Shown one piece after another: positions 26,757 to 43,006 of a stretch of 64,000 bases of DNA. Origin of the DNA: Antechinus flavipes (lineage: Eukaryota). The stretch spans positions 117,304,001 to 117,368,000 of the forward strand of contig NC_067398.1 of the NCBI RefSeq assembly GCF_016432865.1, in the 5' to 3' direction. Below the pieces are notes generated by a model, which saw nothing but the letters and a program-made list of their open reading frames with translations, ran no database searches and was not told the DNA's origin. Positions within the stretch are counted from its first letter, which is position 1. Each line of letters starts with the position of its first letter. A program made the translations under genes and the position numbers.

Positions 26757-29306
26757 GCATCCTGGATGCATACACATTCCCTCCTTCACCCCATATCACC
26801 CCATATTGTACACAAACCCATATCTATACACTTCTCTAAACAAACACCTGTTCCATCATATCTTTACAAGTCTACCTCTTCTCCTGGGTTTGCTTCCCCC
26901 AGCAAGACCCTCCCCTCCTCTTTCCTACCTCTTCTGTTATGAAGCTTATTCATATTATATAATACTTCAGAGTTTACAAAGTGCCTTCCTCACAACAGCC
27001 TTGTGGGGTGAATAGTACAAATACTGTGATTGCCATTTTAGACATGAGAATATTTAAAGTACAGATGGGTCAAAACAGTCAGTAAGTAGCAGAATTGAGA
27101 ACTAAAACCAGTTTCTTTCATGACAAGTTCAATGCTCCTTCCACTAGGCTTTTCCATCTTACTTACCCCTCCTCTGTTTGTCTGGCCCTACAGCATGGAA
27201 AAGCCAGGGTTTCCTGGGCTGAGTTTTCTTGGGTCCCTTTATCAACCTCTCTCCAGTTACCAGACTGCCCTAGTGGGAACTGGAGTTCCTTCAGGGTACC
27301 CCCAGTCTTCATTCCTTGGCCTCCTAGGAATTTGGAACTACAAATTAACTTTTAGAAAGAGATGTGTGGAGAGGCCTTTCTACCAGAGGGGCATCCCTCC
27401 TGTCATCTCCTTTCCTCCAGTGAATAATGATGGTATAGCCATATTCTTGGCTCCTTCAACCCCAAGGGTGGTGGTAGGGGATATAAATATTTGGGAAGAA
27501 GACCAACTATGTTTACACATGTCTGAAGGTCCCAGACAGTTTTCCCTGACATTAATCAGATCAACTTTTCCACCAACTTTGGCTAATTGGTTCCCTGCCT
27601 CTTTCTTATACCCTTTTGATCTCAGATTTCTTTTCCTTCTTCATAAATCTCTGAATTTGGGTCTTGGCCTCTCTTTTTCCATCCAGAGTCTGAATTCCAC
27701 CTGCCCCTTTTCCTGCTGGACTGTTTGAAACTGGATGCCACTCACACCCTGGCCCCCCATTCCAGGCAGGGGACGGATGGGGGTGTGTGTGTGTGAGGGG
27801 GGTGTTTGGGCCCCTGTGTCCTAACATGCATTATCTCAGAGAAAGCCTCTCATCCCCTTTACTTCAGGCGGTAACCATGGCCCCTTCTGCAGCTGGGGGT
27901 TTTGGACCAAACCTTTGCTCCCCTAGCTGGCTCACCACTGCCCCAGAAGCCTTCACTCCCCTTCCCATTTCAGCCTGGCCTAGGGAGCCCACGGCTGCTT
28001 TGCCCATTTCCTTTCACATGCTCCTTTTCTCAAGGGCTAGTGCTGCTTCTCAGCCTTCTAATCCCTACAAGGCACCTTGAAGAATGTTTGGTGGGGAGTG
28101 AGTTGGAAGGGTTTTGGCTCTTTCACATGATTGACACCTCCCCCAGATCTTTTCTAACCTCTGTGGGACATTCCTGACTCTTAAGGGCTAGTTTTCAGAT
28201 TTAGGAGAAAGGAAGATCTGGAGGGAGGAAGTGGGGTCCTTCAGACCCTGGGCTTGTGCCCCTGAAGCTGCCACGTTTAACCCCATTGCCCCTCACCCTT
28301 CCTAGAAGGGGTGCCCCTGCTGCTTGTGTGTGTGAATGTGTGTGGGAGGGAAAGGCTGGCCAGCCAATTCTACAGTATTGTAGGGGGAGGCTATGCCTGT
28401 CTCCCAGCATCTGTATCTAATATATAAATATATAGATGTGTATCAGGATGCCCTGCCTCCGTGTCTCTATTTGCTGCCATTTCCTAAGGGCTTCATCGAC
28501 TATTCTGGGCCTTTTTTGGAATTGACCAGCATTTTGGGGGGATGGGGGATGGGGGATGGGGGATGGGGGATGGTAAGGAAGTAGAAAGGGCTTAATCATC
28601 AACAACCTAAGCCCTGCCGACTCCAGAGATCTGTGACCTCAGCTAGCCGGACTCCATTCTTTCTCCACTTACTTGAATGGGTACAGTTGGGCCTGGGTAG
28701 GGTAGGGGTGGTGGAAGGGTTTGGGAAAGCCAAAGATGCATGTAGGGGCCTCCTTCCCTGCAAAGGAGTGGGGGTCATTTTCTCCATTAAGTCCCCACTC
28801 TTCCTACCCTGACCATTTCCTGTCTAACTGGAATGGGGGTGACTCAAGGGTTTTCCATTTGTTCCCCCACACACCCCATAACTGCCTGGAGGCACTTGAC
28901 CCTGAGCACCCAGTGGAGGGGGCGGGAAGGGGAGCTCTCGGTCAGTCACCTTCTAGATCAGCAGGGGGCGCCTGAGCAAGCATGCTAGAGTGAGCTTTCC
29001 TGTTCCAGTTCTGCTCTGTCCCTAGGGATGGAAGGCAGCCGGAGACGGAAGGGGGGTGGGGACATGGCCTGGGGCGGTCCAGGTCCCAGGCTGTCCCGCC
29101 CTGGCTCTCGCCCTATCGCCTGGGCCTCCTGCCAGTGGCAGGTTCAGCAGGTCCTAGGGGCGTGGTGGAGCCGTAGAGGTAGCCTTCTGCAGCCCCAGCA
29201 GAATCAACCTGCAGTCAGAGAAGGAGCTGGAGAGGGAGCCGAGAGGAAGACTTTCCTGCTGGAGCCGGAGACCCTCCCATCTCACCCTCTGATGTCGGCC
29301 TCTGCC

Positions 29307-32300
29307 ATGACCTCCTTTCTCTACTATGCCCTCCCTGCCTTGGGGGGCTATACTTTGCTCTCCCTGTTCTTCCTTCGTCGACCTCATCTACTCCATGTTC
29401 CTCTGCATCGTGCCTTCCGCTGCCAACTTGCTGCCCACAGAGGGGGTGAGGATACTGCTTCCAAGGAATAAACAGTAATGAGTCTGGGACCAGGAGACAA
29501 GAATGGAAGGGGGAGGGGAGCTTAAAGAGAGGGATGAAAAGTTCTGGGGTAGATGGAGGAAATGGATTAAGATTGTTTTAAAATTAAGTTACTGTGGGTT
29601 CTTTTCTATTAAAAAATATTATTATTATTTTCTATTAAAGTTTGACACCATTGTAAAGGATGAATGGGATGGAATTGGGGAGAAGAGATGTTCTTAAATA
29701 TATAGTAGGGAGAGTATTGGGGCAGGGAGACATGTACAAAGGGATCAGATTGAAAAGGGGTTCTGGGGAATAGGTAATTGGGTGGATAGTGGGATTGGGT
29801 AAATAGGGAGAAGAGACAAGTACTTTGGGAAGGAATGGAATTGGAGAAAGAGGAAACCCGAGTTCTAGGGAATGAAAAAGAAATTAGGAGGGTAGAGGAG
29901 TAGTATGGAGAAAGAAAAAAAGACCAGGTACTGATTAGAAGAACAAGAAAACAAAGTAGTACAGAGGAATGGAATGTGATTCACAGAGAAACTGGAACTG
30001 AAGAAGGGAGCTCAGACTTATGTCCCATCCCTTCACATAGGTTCTGGAGAACGGCTTGAGAATACCATGGAAGCCCTTGAGAAGTGAGTTTGCCCCTCTC
30101 CTTTGATCTTTGATCCCAGTGTTTCCTTTCTAGGCTCCATGTCCCATAGATATTGGGTTAAGAGTGACCTGTACCCTTTCCTTCCTACAGCTCTGTGGCC
30201 CAACGACCAGATCTCTTTGAGCTGGACTGCCATCTGACCCGGGATGGCCAAGTTGTTGTCTCCCATGATAAGAATCTCTTTCGGCAATCTGGCCTGAACA
30301 AGGATATTCAGGATATAGACTTTCAGGTGGAATCCTTATATAAATCCTTCCCCACATTTAAGACTTTACTGTCTTCCCCCAGAATCTCCTTAAGGACCTC
30401 ACCCTTATGCCCCTCCCCCACATCAGGGTCCTTCAAATCTTTGCCCTTTCATTCTGCCAGCATGGTTTCCCCATGATATCAACCCTTTCTCTCCTACACT
30501 CCCCCCAGGACCTGCCTCTTTACAGGGAGGAGTTGGAAGTGTACTTCTCCCCAGGTGAGAAATAGAGGGGCCTTGGATTGGGAACAGTTTACTATTAAAG
30601 TTATCTTCTGTATTCACTGGGAACTACTGTAGGGAAGGGAGGGAGAACTAAGCAAACCTACATTCTTTAGTCAGTGTGATGGGAGAGAGGGAATCTTCAC
30701 ATCCTGCCTTCCTTCCTAGACATATATCTGAGTTTTCTGTGATCCCAAACCTCTCTTTTACTATGACCTTTTACTCTTTACTTTGACACTCCCCTTTCAG
30801 AATCTTCAATCCCCTTAGTAACCGTAACCTCTGATCTTTCTGATCTCCAATCTCTTCTCTGTAATCCCTTTCTTCTTTCCATACCTACTATTTCCCTTTG
30901 ATCATAGGCAAATTTGCACATGGATCAGATCGAAAGATGATTAGTCTAGAAGATGTTTTCCAGAGATTCCCCAAAATGCCTGTCTCTGTGGAAGTGAAAG
31001 TGGACAATGAGAAACTCATTAACGAGGTAAGACTGAAATTAGATCGCAAGATTGGGGAAGAGAAATTGAAAAGTGGGGCACATTGACCTCTGAATGGGGA
31101 GAACGAGGGATTGAGGACGTTTTCAGAGCCAAGAAAGCCCCTCTGACTTTCACACCCCCAGATCGCCACCTTGGTCAAACACTTTGGCAGAAATGAAATC
31201 ACCATCTGGGCTTCTACAAAGAATTCTATCATGAAGAAATGCCGCATAGCTGTAAGTTACCTCTTCTGCCCTAAACTCCCTTGTCTCCCATTTCCTGATA
31301 TTCCCTTATTCTTCTATTACCTCAAACCCCTACCTAATTCCATCTGCCCATTACTCATGAAATCCTATGCTCCCGCTCCCTCTTCAAAGGACTTCTCTCT
31401 CCTTCAGGAGGCAACATATGAGATCGATTGGACTTATTCTACAGCTGTTTCTTAAGTGCCGTTCCTTTCCTTAGCCTTCAGGTTTTTTGTAGATTACAGC
31501 AACATGTAAGAGGCCACATCAAAAAAGGACTTTTGCTGCCTGAAGGAAGAAGAGTTAATCAGGGAAGGTTTCATTAAGTGAGGAAGTGATTGAGTCACCT
31601 AAAAGGTGGCTTGGAATCTGAAAATTTGGGGGTTAGAATCCTGATTTTGCTGCTTACTACCTGGGTGGTCATAGCAAAAAAGTTATTTATTTAATCCTGT
31701 TTTCTCATCCATTGAAATGGGGTCAGGCTAGAGAATCTTAAAGGTCTCTTACTATTTTAACATTCTATTTTTTCAGTAGGAAGGACATTGCAGGTAGAGA
31801 ATGTGCTTTGATCCTTTAAGCAAAGCAAGTTAACATGATATCTGAAGGGGAGGAGACACATTGAAGTGTCTCTGGCTTATCTGGATAGGAGAGTTATATA
31901 TCAGAGAACCAAGACTAGGCTATTAAAGAGGAAATCAAGTTGGGGCCAGATTATGAAGGATCTTGAATCTCAGGATAGAGAGGCAACAGTTGGAGTTTAG
32001 ACTTAATAATGTAGGTATTGGTAATCCTTGGAGCATTCTATTGTCCTATACTCTTGAGCAACTCTTTCCTGGAAGGCCCTGCTTGCCATTCTCCTTCAGA
32101 TAAGCCTGGATTTCCCTTTCCTCTCCTTACCCCTAGCACTGACCTTCCTGACTCCCCTAGAATCCAGAAATGCCAACTTCTTTCACTGTACTTCGAGTCG
32201 TTTGGTTGCTGTTGATGTACTATGTGGGACTGTTGCCCTTCTTTTCCATCCGTGAGAAATTCCTGCTGTGCTTCCTGCCCACCATCATCAACAGGTAATG

Positions 32301-33376
32301 GGGCTGTTAGATTAGGCTTTGACTTTGGGAAAGAGACAGGGCACATAAAACAAAGGGGCCAAGGGACATCTCTTCCCCTCTCTCTTTTGTGATCACTGAT
32401 AATGAAAATTAGAATCATGGTGATGGGACTGAGGAAGAAGTTTTTGAGCAGTATCTCAAAGCCAGGCCTAATTGATCAGATTTCATCTGTTGAACCAGGA
32501 CCTACTTCCCATTTCGGTGGTCTGCTTTGAATAGATTGGCAGCAGCCTTAACTAAGAGGTAAGATGAGCAAGGAGGGTAGTTTGGGAATGCTTTGGCCCT
32601 GTGATCTCTGTTGTCTGAGAATATTGCCTCTTTCTTCCCTCAGGCTGATCATGAGGAAAAGTCTAATCAGGCATCTTGAAGAAAGAGGGATACAAGTGAG
32701 TTCAGTCATTACTTGTCAACTTAATATTTCAGAATATTTCATGTCTACTCAGCCCTGTGTTCGTTGCTAAGGAGGAAAGAGGAAGCAAAAAAAAAAAAAA
32801 TCATTTTTGAGTTTCCATTATGCTTTTACGGTTTTCAAACTATTTTTCTTAGAATACCTCTGTAAGATAGATAGTATAAATCCTCTTATCTCAGTTTTAC
32901 TGGGTAAACAACTTAAGATTTAAAGAAGTCAAAATGATTTGCCCAAAGTCATATATCTAGGAAATGTCTGAGCTCTACTCCACAATGTCTGCCAGTCCCT
33001 ACACCCAGGAGCTATCACACATATGAAAAAGATAGAAATGTATTTTTTTTTTGGTCAGTGGTACAGGTAAATAGAAGTAATCATAGGAGTTCTGAGGAGG
33101 CTTTAAGGAGAAGTCTTTATGGAGGTGGAGAAGAAATAATAATTTTGATAAGTGGAGGGTTTCTGAGAAAACAAAGCACTTTCCCAACTTTATGTACTCA
33201 CTTTCCCAACTTTATCTACTCTTTAGGTGGTATTTTGGTGCCTTAATGAAGAATCCGATTTTGAAGTAGCATATAGGCTGGGAGCCACAGGAGTCATGAC
33301 AGATTACCCTACTGCCCTTCGGCATTACCTGGACAATCATCCCCAGAAGCCTAATCAGAGCAACTCGGACAGGTGA
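29307..33376 (+). CDS. GDPD3: Glycerophosphodiester phosphodiesterase domain-containing 3 (lysophospholipase D), 322 aa
   Basis: Exons 29307-29445, 30041-30083, 30191-30326, 30509-30554, 30908-31026, 31162-31251, 32161-32294, 32499-32558, 32644-32695, 33227-33376 (969 nt). N-terminal TM helix YYALPALGG; AHRGG, ENT, ELDC, SHD and TDYPT motifs. Confidence 0.96.
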
Positions 33377-33989
33377 CTCCGAAAGCTAATTGGGTCAAGG
33401 AGCTCTACAATTTTTTTTCTTTTTAAATGTTTTATTGATTCTCCAGCTCTACCACAATAGAAATTTCCCCAGGAGTCAAGCAAGGAAATTGATTTGTTTC
33501 AACTGGTTGGCTGAAAATATATGCTTTCTGTTTGTTTGTTTTAACATTTCTCTGCTGATAGGCAAGAAATATATTTCAAAATTGAGTTTTCTTAAATGAC
33601 AAGTGAACACGAACACATGAATCAGAACTTAAATCTTTTAGTGTTGTTTTTCTTTATTTTGTGATCGTCTTGTATATTCAATTGATTTTGCGCAGCATCG
33701 GATCATGCAAGTTTTTCAAGATCTCCCTTAACGCTTTTTCACGAGCACAATTACTCCTTCCCTGCTGCCTTTCATCTTTATTCCCCAATAAAAGTTTTCT
33801 TACTGAGTCAAGTGTCTTTATTGAGGAGGGGGTTGGGGAAGAAGACATGAGCAAAGGAGGAGAGTCCTGGGCTTCTGGTCCGGCCACATTCCTGACCCTG
33901 AGAGCAAGTGTACTTTCTGGTGCCACTCCCAGCCTTTCTGGGTCAGCCCAGTCGAGGAATCAATACTTCCAGGTGGGGTGACCTCTAGG

Positions 33990-35260
33990 GGGCAGGCCGA
34001 GACGAGACGTGGGATTGGGAGTGGGGGAGCGGACGTGCTCCCACTGGGTTAGGAAGCACAGTAGGGAGTCCGCCTCCAAATTTCACTCCTCCTGCGTCCA
34101 CTTCAAGGCCTGAGGCAGCTTCCCAGGCTTCGCATCCCCGCATCCCCGGGATACTGGAGACGCGAGATTCCTTCCTCCTTGCGCCCCAGGGCATCCCGGA
34201 CCCGAGGCCGCCGCCTAGGAAAAAGGAGGGAGGGAGCCGCCGCCCCGCCCCCTGTGCCGAGAGGATTCGGGAGGCTGGATGGCTAGGATAGCTCCAGGCC
34301 CGGGATGGGGACCCGCGGGAGAAAGACAATCAAAGCGCAGGCTCCCCGGCCTTGGGGGCGCGCAGGGAAACTTTGTTACAGCGCCGCGGAGGCCTGGCGC
34401 CCGAGACGGTTGCGGCTGCGGCGGGGAAGGGAGGGCGGAGCGCGGCGAAGCCCCGCCCGGACTCGGGCTCCTTTGTTTTCAGAGGGTCGGCGTCCTGGGC
34501 GCCCTACGCACCCACTGCCCTTAACCCAGCCCCAGACTCCGCCGCATTTCCGGAGGCGACCAGCCCTCGGCTCCGACGCCACACAGAAAGAAACAGACCG
34601 AGAACACTGGGAGAGAGAGAGAGAGAGAGACAGAGGAGAGGGCCGGGGCTGGAACGCTCCCGGATGCGTGACGCTCCCCGTTCATTTGCATAGAACGTCC
34701 TGATTGGCCGCGGCGGCCGCCGGGAGAGTGCAGGGAGGGAGGAGGGAGACCTCACAGCGGCAGCAGCTGGTCTCGGTGTAAACAAGTCGCGGCTGCGAAC
34801 CCCGGGCGTGGGGACAGCGCCCCGGCTCCGGAGCGCCCCACCACCCGACCCCAGACCCCGGAGGACCGGGCCCCTCCGTGCACCTAGGTGAGGCCCAGCA
34901 AACTCCCAGAGCCCATGGGTCCCCCCGAGCGATGCCTGTGCTCCTAGCCCCCCAACCTGAGCTCCCAAGCACCCTCCCTTCTGCAGCCCTCCCCCTCCCT
35001 GGAAAGGCAGAGACTACCCCCAAGCCAGAGCCCATCGGGAAGACCCAGACTTTTGGGGTGCTCACCCTTGCAGCGTCAGACCTGTGCACCCCTTCCCCTC
35101 CCCCTTCCCAGCTGCGCAGTTTTTACAAAGCAAGACTACTTCCCCCCCAGCGGGTCCCCTCCAGCTTATTCTTCCCTTTCGGGTTTCCCTCCCATATATC
35201 GAGTCGTGGCCCTGCTTCCAGAACACACTGGATTGTCTGGGCCCGGGTGGAGGCGCTGGA
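33990..35260 (+). promoter_or_regulatory. YPEL3 CpG island, promoter and non-coding exon 1 (donor after 34887)
   Basis: CpG-rich; TGACG 34669-34673, octamer ATTTGCAT 34684-34691, reverse CCAAT 34703-34707, GTAAACA 34778-34784; donor TAG|GTGAGG. Confidence 0.75.
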
Positions 35261-35646
35261 CGGCTGAGTCACATCTTCCAGCCTCAGTTTCCCCTGTGAT
35301 GCAACTTGAGGTCTCTTAAGGCAATGAGTCAAATCGATGCTTTGACTGAACCCAGGCTGAGCAACATTCCTCCCCCAGGGAGGCAACCTGGCTCTAGGGA
35401 AAGCAGAGAGCTAAGTGTAACAGCCGAGACAGCCTTAGCTCTGGGGAGAAGTCGGACACCAGCTAGAGGAGATGCTGAGATGGGTTTGGTTCTGGGAGGG
35501 AGAGAAGCTGTATAGAAGGTAGAGAACTTTGGGGTAGGAGATGAGGGCCACGATCCTGATACTTCTTCATGATCTTCTAGGCTCTGGGCTCCCTTTGCTC
35601 ACCGTGGTCCCCTCCCCGGGTGGGGCCACTACCCCCAGCCCCCACC

Positions 35647-36936
35647 ATGGTTCGGATCTCTAAGCCCAAAACCTTCCAAGCTTATCTGGATGACTGTCAC
35701 CGAAGGTATAGCTGTGCCCACTGTCGGGCACACCTGGCCAACCACGATGACCTCATCTCCAAGGTAACCCGCCTAAGGAATGGGAACTGTCAGTCCCAGG
35801 GATTGTACTCAGGAGGGAACTTGAAAGCCCCCAGAAATGACAGTAACTGTGACTCGTTTCCTTTTCTCTAGTCCTTCCAGGGCAGCCAGGGCCGAGCCTA
35901 CCTCTTCAACTCTGTGTGAGTATCAGAGATTCCTCTCTGGAGGGATTCCCTTTAGACTTGGTGGGTGAAAATTCTTGGGACGGTCTCACAAACTCTGCTG
36001 GCCCATGAACCTCCTCTTTGAATGTGTACTTGCTCGTAGTGCTGGAGTTTCAGGGCCAACCAAGGGTCAGGTGGGATTGTGACCCATCTGGGATTGAAGA
36101 CCCTAGATAACACCATAGGGGGAGGAGTTGGGCCCCAGGCTTGGGATGGGGCGCTGTTTGAGGCCCAGAGTCCCCTGAGGGACTAGTCTCATTTGTGACA
36201 GCCTGGTGACCCACCCCACAGGGTGAACGTGGGTTGCGGGCCAGCTGAAGAGCGTGTGCTGCTAACTGGGCTCCATGCTGTGGCTGATATCCATTGTGAG
36301 AGCTGCAAGACTACCTTGGGCTGGAAATATGTGAGTGTGATCTCAGACCCTCTCCTGATTGTAAAAGAATAGTCAGATTCCAGGTTCTATTGAAAACAAG
36401 TTTTAATGACTTGGGCTCAAATTATGGCTCTGCCACTTACACCTGGAACTTTGCTCAAGTCACTTCCTCCCTCAGGATCTGAGATTCTCTATAATGTAGA
36501 ATGAGGATTAAACTAGATTACCTCTTGAAGTCCCTTCTAGCTCTGAATCCATTAGAGTTTTCAGCTACTTTGCCAAGTCCTTTAAAAAAAATACACTTAT
36601 AGAGTCCTGAACTTTTTCAAAGCTGTTTCACATTTGTTAACCCCATTTGATTTTCACAACCACAAAGTCTGTGTGAGGTAGGTAGCTTAGGTTAACAACC
36701 CTCATTTTGACATGTGAGAAAACTGGAGGCTTGGCGAAGGCAGAAATTGACCCCAGTCTCTCCAGAACTATCCCAGTCTCTTCTAACCCCAGTCTCTCAT
36801 ACCTCCTCCTCCCTCTTCCCCCAACTGACTATTCCCTGCCTTCCAGGAACAGGCCTTTGAGAGCAGTCAGAAATACAAGGAGGGGAAGTACATCATTGAG
36901 CTCAACCACATGATCAAGGACAATGGCTGGGACTGA
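35647..36936 (+). CDS. YPEL3: Protein yippee-like 3, 119 aa
   Basis: Exons 35647-35763, 35872-35915, 36222-36330, 36847-36936 (360 nt). [14 protein letters not shown]...CAHC...CESC...HMIKDNGWD*; AATAAA at 37403-37408. Confidence 0.97.
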
Positions 36937-37929
36937 CCTCTGACCTCCAATCTCTGCCCAATGAGTCTCCCTGATAAGATGATTCGGCTGCCCCCCTCAC
37001 TCCAGCCAGGCTGCTGGAGGAGGGGCACTGGTGGGAGAAACAACTACTTGCTTCCTCTCCAGGGACCCTGGGGAACTGCAAGTTCTCCCTCCTCAGGGCT
37101 TTGTTGGGAGATGGTCCCAAGCCCTTGTACATACATTTTATTATTTTATTGCATGCACTGTGACTTTGGGGGGGGTAGGGGAAGAAATGTCCCCATTCTG
37201 CTTCCCCTCATGATCTGGCTGGTTTGGATCTCATTTTTAACCCTCTCCCCGTCCCAGATTCACCTGTAGATATGCCCTTTGTTGTACATAACTCCCTCGC
37301 TTCCTCTCCATGGCATTCCTTTTCCTCCTGCCTATATACCTCAAGCCTGTACCACTCTTTCCCCATGATTTCCTTATCCCTTCGTGGTCTGTAGCATCTG
37401 TAAATAAAACTCCCAGAGATACCACTCACCTTTCTCTTTCTTGGAATCTCTAGGTCCTGGAAAGGACTCTGGTACCCAAGCACCCCACCTTTCACCTCCC
37501 CCTCTCGAAAAGTCATGGACTTAAAAGCACTTTCTTATCTAGCAGTTTGAACAGGCGCTAGGCACTTCACCGTTCAACTATGGACAGAGTCTTAGCTCTG
37601 AACTTTATTCGTTGTGTGGTGATCTTGAACGTTAGTTAACTTATTTGTAAAAATGGGGTAATTCCTTGTACTACCTACCTCACAGGGCTGTTGTGAGGAA
37701 ACGCTTTAAAGAGCTAAGGAACGGAGAGTTAGTGCTTTATGAGTTTCATCTTCTGCCCATTAAGTGTCAGCCTGTCGTGTTTTGGAATTGTCAGGGCTCC
37801 TGGGACAGGGTCTAGCCGGTGCTCTCAGACCTCCTTGGAGCTCCCCAAAGCAGCCATGGTGAAAGGGGAAGGCTCTGGGGAAAGCGTGAAGTAGCACGTA
37901 TAGCATCTCCTCCAGCCTAACGTCTACGC

Positions 37930-38480
37930 TGTGTATTTTGGAACCGATGGAGTCGAGACTACGGCTCCCAGCCTCCCAAGAAACGCAGCCCGGATTCTAG
38001 GCAAGCACGCAGGCTCCTGCTGCGCTCAGTCTCCTGGGAACTGTAGTTCCAAAGAGCCATTCCTTCCTAACGAGGCGGAGCGGAGAGCTCCTGGGCGGTT
38101 CTTCCTGGGTAACGTAGTCCGGCGCAGCGTGCAGCGGCTAGCCAATGGCCCGGGCTCTCCCAGACCTCCGGGCTCTCCCAGACCTCCGGGCCCGAGGGTG
38201 CTGCGGCTTCTCCCGGGCTCCACAGGCAGCTTCCCGACGTGGCAGTCTAGACTGCTGAGCTCAGGTTGCGGCCGCATTCTTCCCCGGGGATCTCAGGGTT
38301 TCTCTCTCACGCCCCAACACAGGCAACACGCTCCGGGGTCGGGGTCCGGCTGCAGTGTCTTGTTACTTACCAGAGGCCCCGCCTCCAAGTCAGATGGCCC
38401 CGCCCCGAGTCCCGGTGGCCCCGCCTCCTAGATTCTCCCAGGTTCCCTCGTGGGAACCCCGAACAGCTGGCAGGAAGCGC
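37930..38480. promoter_or_regulatory. CpG island between YPEL3 and TBX6 with three ZNF143/THAP11-type motifs
   Basis: ACTACGGCTCCCAG 37958-37971 (+), ACTACAGTTCCCAG 38034-38047 (-), ACTACGTTACCCAG 38105-38118 (-); 18-bp tandem duplication 38150-38191. Confidence 0.7.
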
Positions 38481-38808
38481 CAAACTGCTGTCCTGGTTCA
38501 AGCCCCCGGGGATCAATCAGGCCGAGGAGTTAATTATGTAATTAGGGAGTAGGGGGCCAGAGCTAATGAAGCCCAGCCGACGGGCTGGCTGGAGGGGACT
38601 GGGAGAGGGGGAGGGAGGTGGACTGACTTGTTGGACAGATGGGATTGGGGAGGGGGGAGCCCAGGCATTCCCATCTGGGCCCCATGGGCCGTCCCCCTCC
38701 TCCCCACACCGACTTTTCTCCCCTTTCCTACATCCTGCACCCCCAGCCCTGAAGGCCCCCGGGGGAGGAGGAGCTGTGATCAGGGGCCAAAGGGGCTGAG
38801 CCCAGGGC

Positions 38809-38814
38809 TATAAA
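38809..38814 (+). promoter_or_regulatory. TBX6 TATA box
   Basis: GGCTATAAAGG, 79 nt before the ATG. Confidence 0.7.
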
Positions 38815-38892
38815 GGGGGCATCACCTGGGCGGGCGGCTCAAAGCTGAGCAGACAGGACAAGACAAGCCAGGAGGGGCTTGAGATCTGCCCC

Positions 38893-43006
<4,114 letters not shown>

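Noticed and set aside
27715-27725. Apparent mutated splice acceptor for the MAPK3 last exon
   Set aside because: A good acceptor (ctttttccatccag) exists at 27686, so this position is exonic.
27120-27728. 202-aa ORF in the MAPK3 last intron
   Set aside because: No recognisable homology or coding-like features; crosses an intron/UTR boundary. Treated as chance, although not formally tested.
33985-35389. Many ORFs over the YPEL3 CpG island, including 34878-35267
   Set aside because: GC-rich chance frames; I found no good donor linking them in frame to YPEL3.
37931-38431. 166-aa ORF in the intergenic CpG island
   Set aside because: Near-cognate start, low complexity, includes a tandem duplication; better explained as promoter DNA.
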